From an uncultured delta proteobacterium (GTDB lineage Bacteria > Desulfobacterota > Desulfobacteria > Desulfobacterales > QNYZ01), in NCBI GenBank assembly GCA_963845145.1, contig CAWJQU010000004.1, positions 416,001-480,000 on the forward strand: DNA of 64,000 nt. The letters are read 5' to 3'. The position numbers were made by a program, and so were the translations under genes. The notes under the pieces were generated by a model. The model saw nothing but the letters and a program-made list of their open reading frames with translations, searched no databases and was not told the DNA's origin. Positions 20,151-29,424 of this stretch are shown here, piece by piece; the stretch's first letter is position 1, and the number at the start of each line of letters is the position of its first letter.

Positions 20151-22344
20151 CGGATTCCTCGCTAAAGGGGATTTCAATTCGAATGCGGGTTCCTTCACCC
20201 TGACGGCTGCGAAGTTGTAAAACACCGCCGATGTGCGAAGCCCTTTCGCGCATACCCACCAACCCCAGGCTTCTTTTGTCTTTTCCAATGACCTGCGGGT
20301 CAAACCCGATGCCATCGTCTTCCGCCAGGAAAATAATCCGCGGATAGCTTTTGATGATCGAAAGCCGGAAAGTTTCAGCGCCGGAGTGCTTCAGCGTATT
20401 GGTCATCGCCTCCTGGCTGAAGCGGTATAACATCGTTTCCATATCCATATTCAACCGGCGGTCAAACCCCACCATACTAAAATCGATGTCTACATTGGCG
20501 TTGTTCCCGATATCTTTGAAATAGAGGTTTAACGCCGGCTCGAGTCCCAGGTCAATCAGAAGGGTCGGATGCAGATGATAGGATAGGTGTCTGATCTCCG
20601 AGGAGGTTCGTTTGATCATTTTACGGATTTCATCGATTTCTTCTTTGAGCAGCGCGTCACCGGCGGCGTGGTTCTCTTCCAGCCTGTCCAAACCCAGCTT
20701 GATCGCCGTCAGCGATTGGCCGGCTTCATCATGTAATTCACGGGCAATACGGCGGCGTTCTTCTTCCTGGCTTTGAAAGAGCTTTTCGGTCAGCTGTCTG
20801 AGTTCATGACGGTGCTGGCGGACCATCTTCATCAATTGAGCATTTTCAACCGTTCCTCCGAGATAATTGCCCAGAGAACCCATCAGGTGGATTTCATGAT
20901 GGTTGAGTTCACGCGATGCCGGAATATCCAGCCCGAAAAATCCCACCCCTCTGCCTTTGAAAGTGATTAAAAAGCATGACAGCCATGGAACGATTTTACC
21001 ATCGTTTGAATGATAGCGTGCTTTGAAAGTCGGAAATGTGGGTTTGGGCGTCAGGTGCGATTCTTTGATAAGCAAATGTTTTTCCAGTAGACTGTCCTTA
21101 AAAATGGCGCGGTTTCCAACATCCGGAAAGGGGAGGCCCGACCTTGCCTGAACCCAGGCCTTTTTGTCATCCCGATCGATGAGAAACAGGGCTCCCCGAC
21201 GCAGTCGTAATACCCGTAACACTTCTTTTAGTGTGATATCTAGAACAAGATCAAGGTCCATTGTTTTGTTGACGGCGACCGCCACGCTATTTAGAATGGA
21301 AAGTTCGCGATTCCTTTTTCTTATAATCTCCTCTGTCTCTTTCCGGTGGGTGATATCCTTGATTATCCCTTCGTACTCGGCATCGCCCGTTTCCGGGTTC
21401 TCGTATCGCCGGCTGGAAATCAATACATGCAGGGGGGAGCCGTCTCGTCTGATAAACTCGACTTCGTAATCCTTGACAGATCCACCCTGATTGATTTCCG
21501 TTAGAAACTTCTCCCGGTCCTTCGGGTTACGGTACATTTGGGTTGCAGAAAGTTTTTCGATTAGCTCCTTTTTGTTCGAATAGCCCAGCGTATCCACGCC
21601 AGACGGGTTCATGTCGAGTATTTCACCTGTCTGGTTGGTTATGTAAATCATGTCATGGCTGCCTTCGAATATGCGGCGATATCTTTTCTGACGTTGGGTG
21701 ATCTCCTCTTGTAACCGCTTGAGTTCCGAAATGTCTTTAAATATCTCTAACCCTCCGGTGATTCGACCCGAATCATCCCGGAAAGCCGAGGTAGAGCAAA
21801 TAATGGGGACTTTATTGCCGTCTATGTTGGTAATGGCATATTCCCGATTGTGAATGTCATGCCCCTCGTCAACAGCGCGTTTCAAGGCGCAATCGGACTC
21901 ACAAATGGAATTTTTAAAGACATCCTTACAGAACATGCCAACCGCATCGTAAGCTGAAAATCCGGTAATTTTTTCGGCTGCCGGATTAAAGTAGGTGATA
22001 CGCCACTCCTTATCGGTAGTAAACAATCCGTCCGGAATACGGTTCAGAATTTCGATAAAACTTTCTTCTTTTTGATAGATTCTTTCCAGGGCATTGACAT
22101 TATAACTGAGAAGCTGGTCAGCGATAAATTTGTTCCAATTTTTGAGATTATGCTGTCCGCCTCGCGCTTTAAAATAGGAACAGGTAAGGCAGGAAGATAT
22201 TTTTTCAGATACATCATCTACCATCGGGCGGGAACAATGGGTTCGGGGAATTAGCCAGCAATTGGTTCCCGATTCGCCATGCCCCGGGCATAATACATTG
22301 GTGCAGCTCAGCGTTTCCCAGCAGGCCTGCCGGTCGACCCCCAC
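20140..22344 (-). CDS. Cytoplasmic sensor histidine kinase (Cys/Trp-rich N-terminus, PAS-PAS-GAF, HisKA_3)
   Basis: EERRRIARELHDE, EAMTNTLKH, DDGIGF; start uncertain (ORF is open to 22473). Confidence 0.9.
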   Translation of the reverse strand: MGVDRQACWETLSCTNVLCPGHGESGTNCWLIPRTHCSRPMVDDVSEKISSCLTCSYFKARGGQHNLKNWNKFIADQLLSYNVNALERIYQKEESFIEILNRIPDGLFTTDKEWRITYFNPAAEKITGFSAYDAVGMFCKDVFKNSICESDCALKRAVDEGHDIHNREYAITNIDGNKVPIICSTSAFRDDSGRITGGLEIFKDISELKRLQEEITQRQKRYRRIFEGSHDMIYITNQTGEILDMNPSGVDTLGYSNKKELIEKLSATQMYRNPKDREKFLTEINQGGSVKDYEVEFIRRDGSPLHVLISSRRYENPETGDAEYEGIIKDITHRKETEEIIRKRNRELSILNSVAVAVNKTMDLDLVLDITLKEVLRVLRLRRGALFLIDRDDKKAWVQARSGLPFPDVGNRAIFKDSLLEKHLLIKESHLTPKPTFPTFKARYHSNDGKIVPWLSCFLITFKGRGVGFFGLDIPASRELNHHEIHLMGSLGNYLGGTVENAQLMKMVRQHRHELRQLTEKLFQSQEEERRRIARELHDEAGQSLTAIKLGLDRLEENHAAGDALLKEEIDEIRKMIKRTSSEIRHLSYHLHPTLLIDLGLEPALNLYFKDIGNNANVDIDFSMVGFDRRLNMDMETMLYRFSQEAMTNTLKHSGAETFRLSIIKSYPRIIFLAEDDGIGFDPQVIGKDKRSLGLVGMRERASHIGGVLQLRSRQGEGTRIRIEIPFSEESDAD

Positions 22345-22363
22345 CTTTTGTTCTAAAGATAAA

Positions 22364-22966
22364 TTAACGCAGTGATTTTCGAGCAATGAACTCACAATGC
22401 GAATCTCCCTTGGCACAGCAGAAAGTCTCTTCCGCGGTGAAGGTAAAACAGCCTTCGGGGTATTCTTCCCCATATAATAGATCCATGAAGGCGCCGGTGA
22501 CGCCCCTTAACATATAGCATTTGCCTGCGACAGCTCGGCCATAGGCTTTGAGGTAGCCCTTAGCCTCATACGAGTCACTGACGGCAAGCACCAGCTTTTC
22601 ATTCGGGATCAGCTCTTTTACGACCAGATCTCCCCACCCAAAGGCCACCGCCACCGCTGTAAAACTTTCGATCTGGTCTTCCTTTTTTTCGATCATGGGT
22701 AAAACGATACTTTCCCATTCATAGGAGTTACGGATCCCTTGAAAGGTGGCATACCCACATTCCTGGGCCGCCTCAATCAACAGGGCCTGAGATTGGGTGG
22801 CGTTTGATTCGCCCATCTTCGATTCAAAGTTAAAGCTAAGCTGGTTATAATAATGGGCTGAAAATATGGATAGATAGACGCCAAACAGCGGAATGATTCC
22901 CTTGGCTTCCCTGATTCGACTGCCTTCCATCACCGCATGAATAATTTTATTTCCGTCTATGGGCAT
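22364..22966 (-). CDS. V4R (4-vinyl reductase) domain protein
   Basis: FGWG...SYEA...CYMLRG...EETFCCAKGDSHCEF. Confidence 0.8.
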   Translation of the reverse strand: MPIDGNKIIHAVMEGSRIREAKGIIPLFGVYLSIFSAHYYNQLSFNFESKMGESNATQSQALLIEAAQECGYATFQGIRNSYEWESIVLPMIEKKEDQIESFTAVAVAFGWGDLVVKELIPNEKLVLAVSDSYEAKGYLKAYGRAVAGKCYMLRGVTGAFMDLLYGEEYPEGCFTFTAEETFCCAKGDSHCEFIARKSLR

Positions 22967-22992
22967 AGGGCCTTCCTGATAGTCAAAGAAGC

Positions 22993-23517
22993 TTACTTGA
23001 TCCTTACATCGAAAACACACTCCGGGTCCCGCGTCATTTTACACGATGTCTCTTCAACGAAATAATACCCCGGCGGCTGGTCATAAATTGTTGCCATCAG
23101 ACCGGATATCCAACCTCGGGTAAAATGGCAGCCGGGTGTATGTCGCCGGCCGTGTTTTGCCAGCCAGCCGGTGACCTGGTGGCTGGAGGGACTGATAATA
23201 CGGCCGCCGGATGGATCAACTTTCTGAAAATGGATGATACCCCAACCTGAATTTTGAAAAAGGGTGGCTGCCATTTCAAGCTTGGACTTTGTTGTTTTGA
23301 TCTGGCGATACTGATCGATAAGGTAACGAAAAATTTTATAGTTCGATTCTTCCGCGGATCGATACAATAATTCGACACCTTCCTGCCCGAGGGTGTCCTC
23401 CAGGGTTTTCTGCAGATTGATATTATAGTGATGGCAGTGCATTGTAAAAGACTGCCCGGCGAAAACCAGGCGGTGGCCTTCCCGTGCCAGCTCTTTCTGC
23501 CAGTTGAGAACGGTCAT
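22993..23517 (-). CDS. V4R domain protein
   Basis: HCHHYN, SGWG, CHFTRGW, EETSCKMTRDPECVF. Confidence 0.8.
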   Translation of the reverse strand: MTVLNWQKELAREGHRLVFAGQSFTMHCHHYNINLQKTLEDTLGQEGVELLYRSAEESNYKIFRYLIDQYRQIKTTKSKLEMAATLFQNSGWGIIHFQKVDPSGGRIISPSSHQVTGWLAKHGRRHTPGCHFTRGWISGLMATIYDQPPGYYFVEETSCKMTRDPECVFDVRIK

Positions 23518-23773
23518 TTTTCCCCTTGTTTTTGGTGTCGCAAAAGGTGCAACCGGTTTCGGTCAGGCTATATCATGACATTAATGATAACAAGGGCTTT
23601 CGTCAAATAAAAACCAACAGGCATTGACAGAACATGGCTTGGTGTCTATCTATTTTCGATAGCCGGACCGTCTATCAGGTGATGAATACAATGAACAACC
23701 TTTTCGGTTTTTCTATGGCGGCGATTAAAACCCATTGCAAAACCCAAACAATCAAAAAAATAATGAGACATCC

Positions 23774-24725
23774 ATGAATGATATCGGAGAACAAGAATCG
23801 AATGAAAAGATCGAGATTATCCTGCTGACAGGTTTTTTAGGATCCGGTAAGACCACCTTGCTCAAACGGATTCTTTCCTGGGAGACCGACCTGTCCGGCA
23901 CGGTGGTGATCGTCAACGAATTTGGTGACGTGGGCATTGATGGCGCCCTGTTGAAAACGTCCGGGTCGGACGTGGTCGAAATGAACAGTGGCTGTATTTG
24001 CTGTACGCTGAGTGCCGATTTAAAGCAGTCGCTGGAACGTATTCGCAAAGAGCTCAAACCGACGCGGATTATGATCGAATCATCCGGTGTGGCAGATCCA
24101 ACAGCGATTTCATCGGTTCTATCCGAGACCGACATGCGTCGCTACATGGCCCTTGAGAAGATCATCGCCGTTTTGGATGCTGATTGTTGGGCAGCCCGGG
24201 AAGTATTCGGCCCCCTTTTTTTATAACCAACTGGAGATGGCCCATCTGATCCTACTGAATAAAATCGATCTGCTCGACACCGATGAAGTCCCGGTCTATT
24301 TAGAAGATATCCATGCGGTCATTCCAAACTCACAGGTGGTCCCGACGATTCAATGCCGCGTGGATCCCGAAACCCTCTGGGCTAATTCGAAACCCAAAGG
24401 CATTGATCTGAAACCGATGGATTTCTTTCAAGCGCAACCCGGCCGGGAATCTGTTTCGGCCACACATTACCAGACCTTTTCATTTCAAACGTCGCGTCCC
24501 CTGGATGAAACCCGCTTTAAACAATTCGTCGAGGAATTACCCTTTGAATTGTTTCGAATGAAGGGCCCGGTGCGACTTGCGGACCGAACCGTCATGATCA
24601 ATTTTGTGGGCGGTCGGAGTCAATGGGCGCCCTGGGAGAAGGATACCGATACAAAACTGGCTTTTATCGGCTGGAACGTCGATAGAGAAGAGACACTCAA
24701 TAAAATTGATCGGTGTCTTCTTTGA
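23774..24725 (+). CDS. CobW/COG0523 GTPase; frameshift in a T7 run at 24216-24222
   Basis: GFLGSGKTT, NEFG, GCICC in the first frame; NKID and CobW-C (FRMKG) in the second frame; start uncertain. Confidence 0.85.
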
Positions 24726-24795
24726 TCAGTCGCCGGGTCGATTTCTTGCCGGGTTACGAATCGTCCGGCGCGTTCGTTTATTCATATCGCAACGG

Positions 24796-25782
24796 TCAGC
24801 AGCACTTATACATCTTCAATAAACGTTCATCCATGACGAAGTAAAACTTCATAAAGGACGACCCGTCAAAGCGCGTCCGGACACCGTGAAGCGTGTCGGC
24901 CAGATCGATCGTGCTTCGCAGGTGGGTAATCATGATCAACTGCTTGTCCGAGGCCACCTCTTTTAAAAAAGCCTGCATGGATTTATGGTTGATGTAGTCC
25001 AGGGCCGGCTCGACTTCATCTAAAAGGTAAAAAGGTGTTTCGAGCTGATGGAATACGGCCAGTTTCAGGGCCAGGCTGGTGATGGACTTCTCTCCGCCCG
25101 AGAGCTGGTGAGCGCGCCGTTTCCGGTTTCCCGGCAGAATAACTTCGATGTCCAACCCGTGCTTGCCGTTGTCGCGGTCGGTTATCTCTTCGAGTGTTAC
25201 TTCGCTTTGCGGCATCAGGCAGGACATGTACCTGATGAATAGCGGTCCAATCGATTCCCTCAGGTTTTTCTGCAAATCGGCCGGTTTTTGCATTTCCAGG
25301 AGCGTCTGTATCAGATCAAATCGCTGATATGGGTTGCAGTGCATCAGGTCGTTGATCTCTTCTTGCCGGATAATGGTTTGCAAGGCATGGGTCATGTTGA
25401 GATCGTCCAGCTTTTGCCGATAGTCGTCGGGCGAATGGGGGACGTCGTCGATTAAAAATTGGTTTTGGCCATCCCGTGACATTCTGCGGGCCAAAACAAT
25501 ACTTGCCGGGTCGTTATCGGCGCCGTTTTTCAGGACCAATTTCACATTTATATTAGGTGCCGGCGGGTGCTTTTTGCTGCCGGAAAAAAACATTTCTTCA
25601 CGTTCGTAACAACGGATTCTCTCCAGGCTGTCTTCTCCCAGGGTCCACACGATGGCATCGAGGATGTTTGATTTACCCACCCCGTTGTTGCCGATGATCA
25701 CCCCAATACCCGGCTGGAAACTCATATCGGTGGGTTCTGAAAAAGATTTGAATCCTTCAATGTTCACATCTTCTATATGCAT
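24796..25782 (-). CDS. SMC-like ABC ATPase lacking coiled coil and hinge (mini-SMC), C-terminal Cys-Cys
   Basis: IEGFKSF, GNNGVGKSN, LSGGEKS, LLDEVEPALD, ITH in only 328 aa. Confidence 0.85.
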   Translation of the reverse strand: MHIEDVNIEGFKSFSEPTDMSFQPGIGVIIGNNGVGKSNILDAIVWTLGEDSLERIRCYEREEMFFSGSKKHPPAPNINVKLVLKNGADNDPASIVLARRMSRDGQNQFLIDDVPHSPDDYRQKLDDLNMTHALQTIIRQEEINDLMHCNPYQRFDLIQTLLEMQKPADLQKNLRESIGPLFIRYMSCLMPQSEVTLEEITDRDNGKHGLDIEVILPGNRKRRAHQLSGGEKSITSLALKLAVFHQLETPFYLLDEVEPALDYINHKSMQAFLKEVASDKQLIMITHLRSTIDLADTLHGVRTRFDGSSFMKFYFVMDERLLKMYKCC

Positions 25783-25783
25783 C

Positions 25784-26080
25784 TCAATCTCCCCGGTTTT
25801 TCTCTTTGTATCGTCGCTGGATCTCGGCGATGAGCTCCTCCTGCATGGGAATCAGGGATTCATACATCAGCTCTTCATCCAGGGCCACACTGGGCAACGA
25901 CTTGGCTTTGAGTTCCTGGAAACGCTTTACACCCTCACGGGTGCGCATATCCCATTCGTGAACGTCGATGATATCCTGGATCTCTTCCGGTAAAACCTTT
26001 ACCGATTCCGCCATATAGACGCAGGCCACTCATTGATTAAAATCGGTTAACAGAACATCCACCTGAACCCGTTGGGCCAT
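25784..26080 (-). CDS. Thioredoxin-fold selenoprotein (UxxC)
   Basis: ATG 26080 (TAATG overlap) MAQRVQVDVLLTDFNQ-TGA(26032-26030)-VACVYM; hairpin CGGTAAA-GGT-TTTACCG downstream. Confidence 0.87.
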
Positions 26081-27081
26081 TATTCCCCCTCTTGTTCCCG
26101 TTCGATAATCATCTGTTTAAATTTAACTTGGCCTTGCTTTGCTTCAAGAAGCCCCCACACCAGTTGTTTTGGCTCTACCGCCGGGCCCAGACTGATAAAA
26201 TCTTTTCCAGCCACCTGCCAATGGCCCCAAGTTTGGGCCTGGCTAAAAAGAATAATGTCCGCCTCAAACTGGGGTATCATGGCCTCCAAAGCCGGAAAAA
26301 CGGTTTGATCCTGCATAAAACCCGTCAATCCGCAAACCATGTTCATCTCTAAAGCGAAGGGCTCAAAGTCCGAATATCCGGGTAGATTTTGAATGTACTC
26401 TCCATAAAAAGCCATTCCTTTTTTGGCTCCCAGGCCAAAACTTAAGACATGGGGAGACTGAAGCAGCCAATCCCTGACTTTTTGGCCATAGCCTTGGCCC
26501 ATTCGTTGATTCAGGGCCGTTGACTCATCCCCAGCGTCTCCCTGGGCCACTTGCCAATCCGTTTCACCCAAGATGGCGGGGATGCCCTCCTTGCGAAGGA
26601 CCTTTAGCAATCGTTTATTGTTCTGTTTCGGTCCGGTAAGGTCCCCCAGACAGTAAATCGCGTCCAGATCGGCGGGAACCATCGCTTTTAACAATTCAGC
26701 CAGTGCCTGATCGTCACCACCCATCGCGGCGATCAGTCCGATACGATGATGTTGATGGGGGTCGCTATGGATTCGGAAAGAATCTGCCGGCGCCAGGCGG
26801 CTATCCAAAGCCGCTTCAAGTGCCGAGTGCAGCTGCTGGGAACACGATGTGCCATCACGGCAGACGATTCCGTCAAGGCATGGCAGCACCTCATCGACTT
26901 GACGGCCTATTAGTAGACGGGCAACGAGATGGGCGTTGCCCGTACAACCCCCCCCAACAAATCGAAGATCTTCCAATACCCCATGGCCCAGTTGAAAATG
27001 AATTTCCGGTGGGCAAACGCCCTCAGTTTGAAAGACGAAGCGTTGTGATTTCGTTTTGTCGGTCATGCCGATCATACCCAT
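26080..27081 (-). CDS. TSCPD (TIGR03905-like) domain fused to a degenerate calcineurin-like metallophosphoesterase
   Basis: GVC...FVGGGCTGN...GIVCRDGTSC then CLGDLTG and ILGETD. Confidence 0.72.
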   Translation of the reverse strand: MGMIGMTDKTKSQRFVFQTEGVCPPEIHFQLGHGVLEDLRFVGGGCTGNAHLVARLLIGRQVDEVLPCLDGIVCRDGTSCSQQLHSALEAALDSRLAPADSFRIHSDPHQHHRIGLIAAMGGDDQALAELLKAMVPADLDAIYCLGDLTGPKQNNKRLLKVLRKEGIPAILGETDWQVAQGDAGDESTALNQRMGQGYGQKVRDWLLQSPHVLSFGLGAKKGMAFYGEYIQNLPGYSDFEPFALEMNMVCGLTGFMQDQTVFPALEAMIPQFEADIILFSQAQTWGHWQVAGKDFISLGPAVEPKQLVWGLLEAKQGQVKFKQMIIEREQEGE

Positions 27082-27182
27082 ACATGCGAGGCCACGTCAT
27101 TTTTGTCAGGCCGGATTGCAGCCGGCTAGAGTATGCACTCTAACAAAAGATATAACCCATACTACACGGTCAAATGAATTAA

Positions 27183-27205
27183 AATCGTCCAAAGGTTGAT
27201 TTTTT
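27183..27205. promoter_or_regulatory. Second copy of the 23-bp operator
   Basis: Identical to 19378-19400, similar distance upstream of a minus-strand operon. Confidence 0.65.
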
Positions 27206-27327
27206 ACGGGATAAAGTTGGCAAACAGACACAAAGGGTCAAGGCCTCAAGGGGCTATGGGGTCAAGTGCAGGGCAATTGCATTTATTATTTTCCAACCCG
27301 TCCGAAAATCTACAATGAATGCGAAAA

Positions 27328-27409
27328 TGTAGGGGCAATCCCTTGTGGTTGCCCGATGGTGTTTTATCTCCCACAAAGGGAATGGGCACCCACAAGGGGT
27401 GTCCCTACA
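27328..27409. repeat. REP-like inverted doublet
   Basis: TGTAGGGGCAATCCCTTGTGGTTGCCC...GGGCACCCACAAGGGGTGTCCCTACA; GTAG-led REP pattern. Confidence 0.7.
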
Positions 27410-27444
27410 GGGGAAATTCCATTAGAAAATTATTGTTTCTTTAC

Positions 27445-27604
27445 CCTAAGTTGAGCGATTTTTTGCGAAGCTATGTGCCGAGATATTGAGATGATAAGGT
27501 TTTCAAAAAACGGAGGCATACCCGTTGGATATGCTGAGTATTTTTGAAAGCCTTAGCGCTCAATAGATTGGTGCAGAGTAAATAAAAAATTGCTCAATTT
27601 AGGT
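27445..27604. repeat. Long palindromic MITE/REP-like element, copy 2
   Basis: Near-identical to 4259-4421. Confidence 0.85.
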
Positions 27605-27611
27605 TTACAAT

Positions 27612-27953
27612 TCAACCGTTTTGTTCGCTGTTAAATGACGGCAAATGATCATGTAGCATTTTTTGTGGAAATGGCTTTACCTTTTTCCATTCCTGTGATT
27701 CCTTTTCAGCATGCCATAAGTCAAAATTTTTCTGTAAATTAAGCCAAAAATATGGCGTGGTATCAAACGCACGTGACAAGCGTAAAGCCATATCGGGTGT
27801 GATAGCTCCCCTCTCATTTATTATCTTGGATAATGTTTTTCTTGAAACACAGAGAGTTGCAGCCATGTCCTTAATTGTAATGGATAGAGGCAAAAGATAG
27901 TCTTCTTTTATTATATTGCCCGGATGTGTTGGGCGCCTAATCATTCTTCGCAT
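27612..27953 (-). CDS. higA: HigA-family antitoxin
   Basis: PTHPG...ITPDMALRLSRAFDTTPYFWLNLQ. Confidence 0.92.
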   Translation of the reverse strand: MRRMIRRPTHPGNIIKEDYLLPLSITIKDMAATLCVSRKTLSKIINERGAITPDMALRLSRAFDTTPYFWLNLQKNFDLWHAEKESQEWKKVKPFPQKMLHDHLPSFNSEQNG

Positions 27954-27964
27954 TGGTATATCTC

Positions 27965-28243
27965 CTAATGATAATCATCGTATCCAACGACATACGCATC
28001 ACCATCGATAAATTGAAAGAAAATCCTCCAGTTGCCGGATACTCTAACGGTGTAAAATCCCTTTTTATCGCCGCTTAACTGGTGAAGGAAGGAACCCGGG
28101 TAATTCATATCTTTAATCTCATTTGCAGCATTGAGACGATCTAAGATTCGTGCAAGCCTGCTACTATGTTCAGGCTTTATACCTTTCTTGCTTCCTGTGT
28201 AAAAATAGTTTTCCAAGCCTTTATGTTTAAAGGATTTAATCAT
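27965..28243 (-). CDS. higB: HigB (RelE/ParE-like) toxin
   Basis: MIKSFKHKGL...LHQLSGD...VSGNWRIFF...DYH; ATG 28243. Confidence 0.92.
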   Translation of the reverse strand: MIKSFKHKGLENYFYTGSKKGIKPEHSSRLARILDRLNAANEIKDMNYPGSFLHQLSGDKKGFYTVRVSGNWRIFFQFIDGDAYVVGYDDYH

Positions 28244-28290
28244 GGTTATTTTAATGTAACCCATAGGGTTACGATTGTCAAGCAATCCGT

Positions 28291-28493
28291 GAGCGTTTAT
28301 AATCCTTAAACAACCGTTTGGCCATATCAACACTCATACTCCCGAATTCCGCCTCAAACATGCGATCCCAGTGATGGGTCCAGCCCGGCAGCATGAAAAA
28401 AGTTCCCGGCTCTTTGCACTGCTCACCATAATAGGTGTTGCGCCCACCGATTAAAAGCCCCACGCAATCATCCACCGGGTGATCCGTATCCAT
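28291..28493 (-). pseudogene. Duplicated internal fragment of the DUF1638 gene
   Basis: Near-identical to 29594-29796. Confidence 0.85.
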
Positions 28494-28631
28494 TTATGGG
28501 TAACGTAAAGATTTCCGAGATCATCACGGGTTGGGATTGGGTGCCAGGTGATCAGCTGCTTCGGAGAAATCAATCTGCTTTTCAAAATATAACTTGCATA
28601 TTACAAATATATAGGTTATATTATAACCACT

Positions 28632-28898
28632 ATGGAATTTGAGGTGCGGGTCAAGAAAAAAGTTGCGCGAAACCTGAAGAAGCTGCCCGATAATGTCCAG
28701 AAGCTCCTTTTCTTGCTGATCGCAGAGCTTCAGCTAAATGGCCCCAATCTAAAAAGCTGGCAGAACTTTTCGCGGCTTGGTAAGGATAAATATCATTGTC
28801 ATTTGAACTATAGATATGTGGCATGCTGGACATGCCGGAAGAACGAAATAGTGATTGAGGTGTACTATGTTGGCACTCGTGAAAAAGCCCCATATTGA
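28632..28898 (+). CDS. RelE-like toxin
   Basis: KYHCHL...YVACW...IEVYYVGTREKAPY. Confidence 0.8.
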   Translation: MEFEVRVKKKVARNLKKLPDNVQKLLFLLIAELQLNGPNLKSWQNFSRLGKDKYHCHLNYRYVACWTCRKNEIVIEVYYVGTREKAPY

Positions 28899-29251
28899 AA
28901 TCTCGATGCATGGTGAGCACACAGACGAGTTACTCGCCTGGATTAGGAAAAAGTATGACGTTTCAGTATTGGTTCGATGATCCTGAAGATGAGTTGGTTC
29001 CCATTGAGAGCACGGAGTACTGGCAGGAGATGGAAAAGAATCGTATCGGCAATCTACTTGCCGGTGCACGCCTTAAGGCTGGATTGACTCAAGTACAGTT
29101 GTCGGAAAAGTTGAGTATTCGGCAGAACATGATTAGCGACTATGAGAATGGGCGGCGCACCTATTCCGATGCCATGGCCAAGCGCCTTAGTAAAACACTC
29201 AAGGTGAGCGAAAAACTCCTTAAATATGGAAGCGAACATAAGAACGCCTGA
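28867..29251 (+). CDS. XRE-type HTH antitoxin; apparent frameshift near 28974
   Basis: ATG 28867 MLALVKKPHIE... shifts into DDPEDELVP...ARLKAGLTQVQLSEKL...YENGRR. Confidence 0.75.
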
Positions 29252-29283
29252 ACATGATGGCGGGCCATTTTTTGTCACAATTG

Positions 29284-29389
29284 GTCGATGCCTCAATATG
29301 GGTAGACTATTTCAGGCGCGGAGGTCATTCCGAAAAATTTGATTTTCTGATCGATGAAAATCTTACCGTGACCAATGATTTGATTTTGT
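29284..29389 (+). pseudogene. Fragment of vapC (PIN)
   Basis: Near-identical to 35508-35613. Confidence 0.8.
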
Positions 29390-29424
29390 CCGATGCTAAG
29401 CAAATTGTACAGCGAGAAAATTTA

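Noticed and set aside
24796..25782. Housekeeping smc or Wadjet jetC
   Set aside because: No coiled coil or hinge and no scpAB/jetABD neighbours
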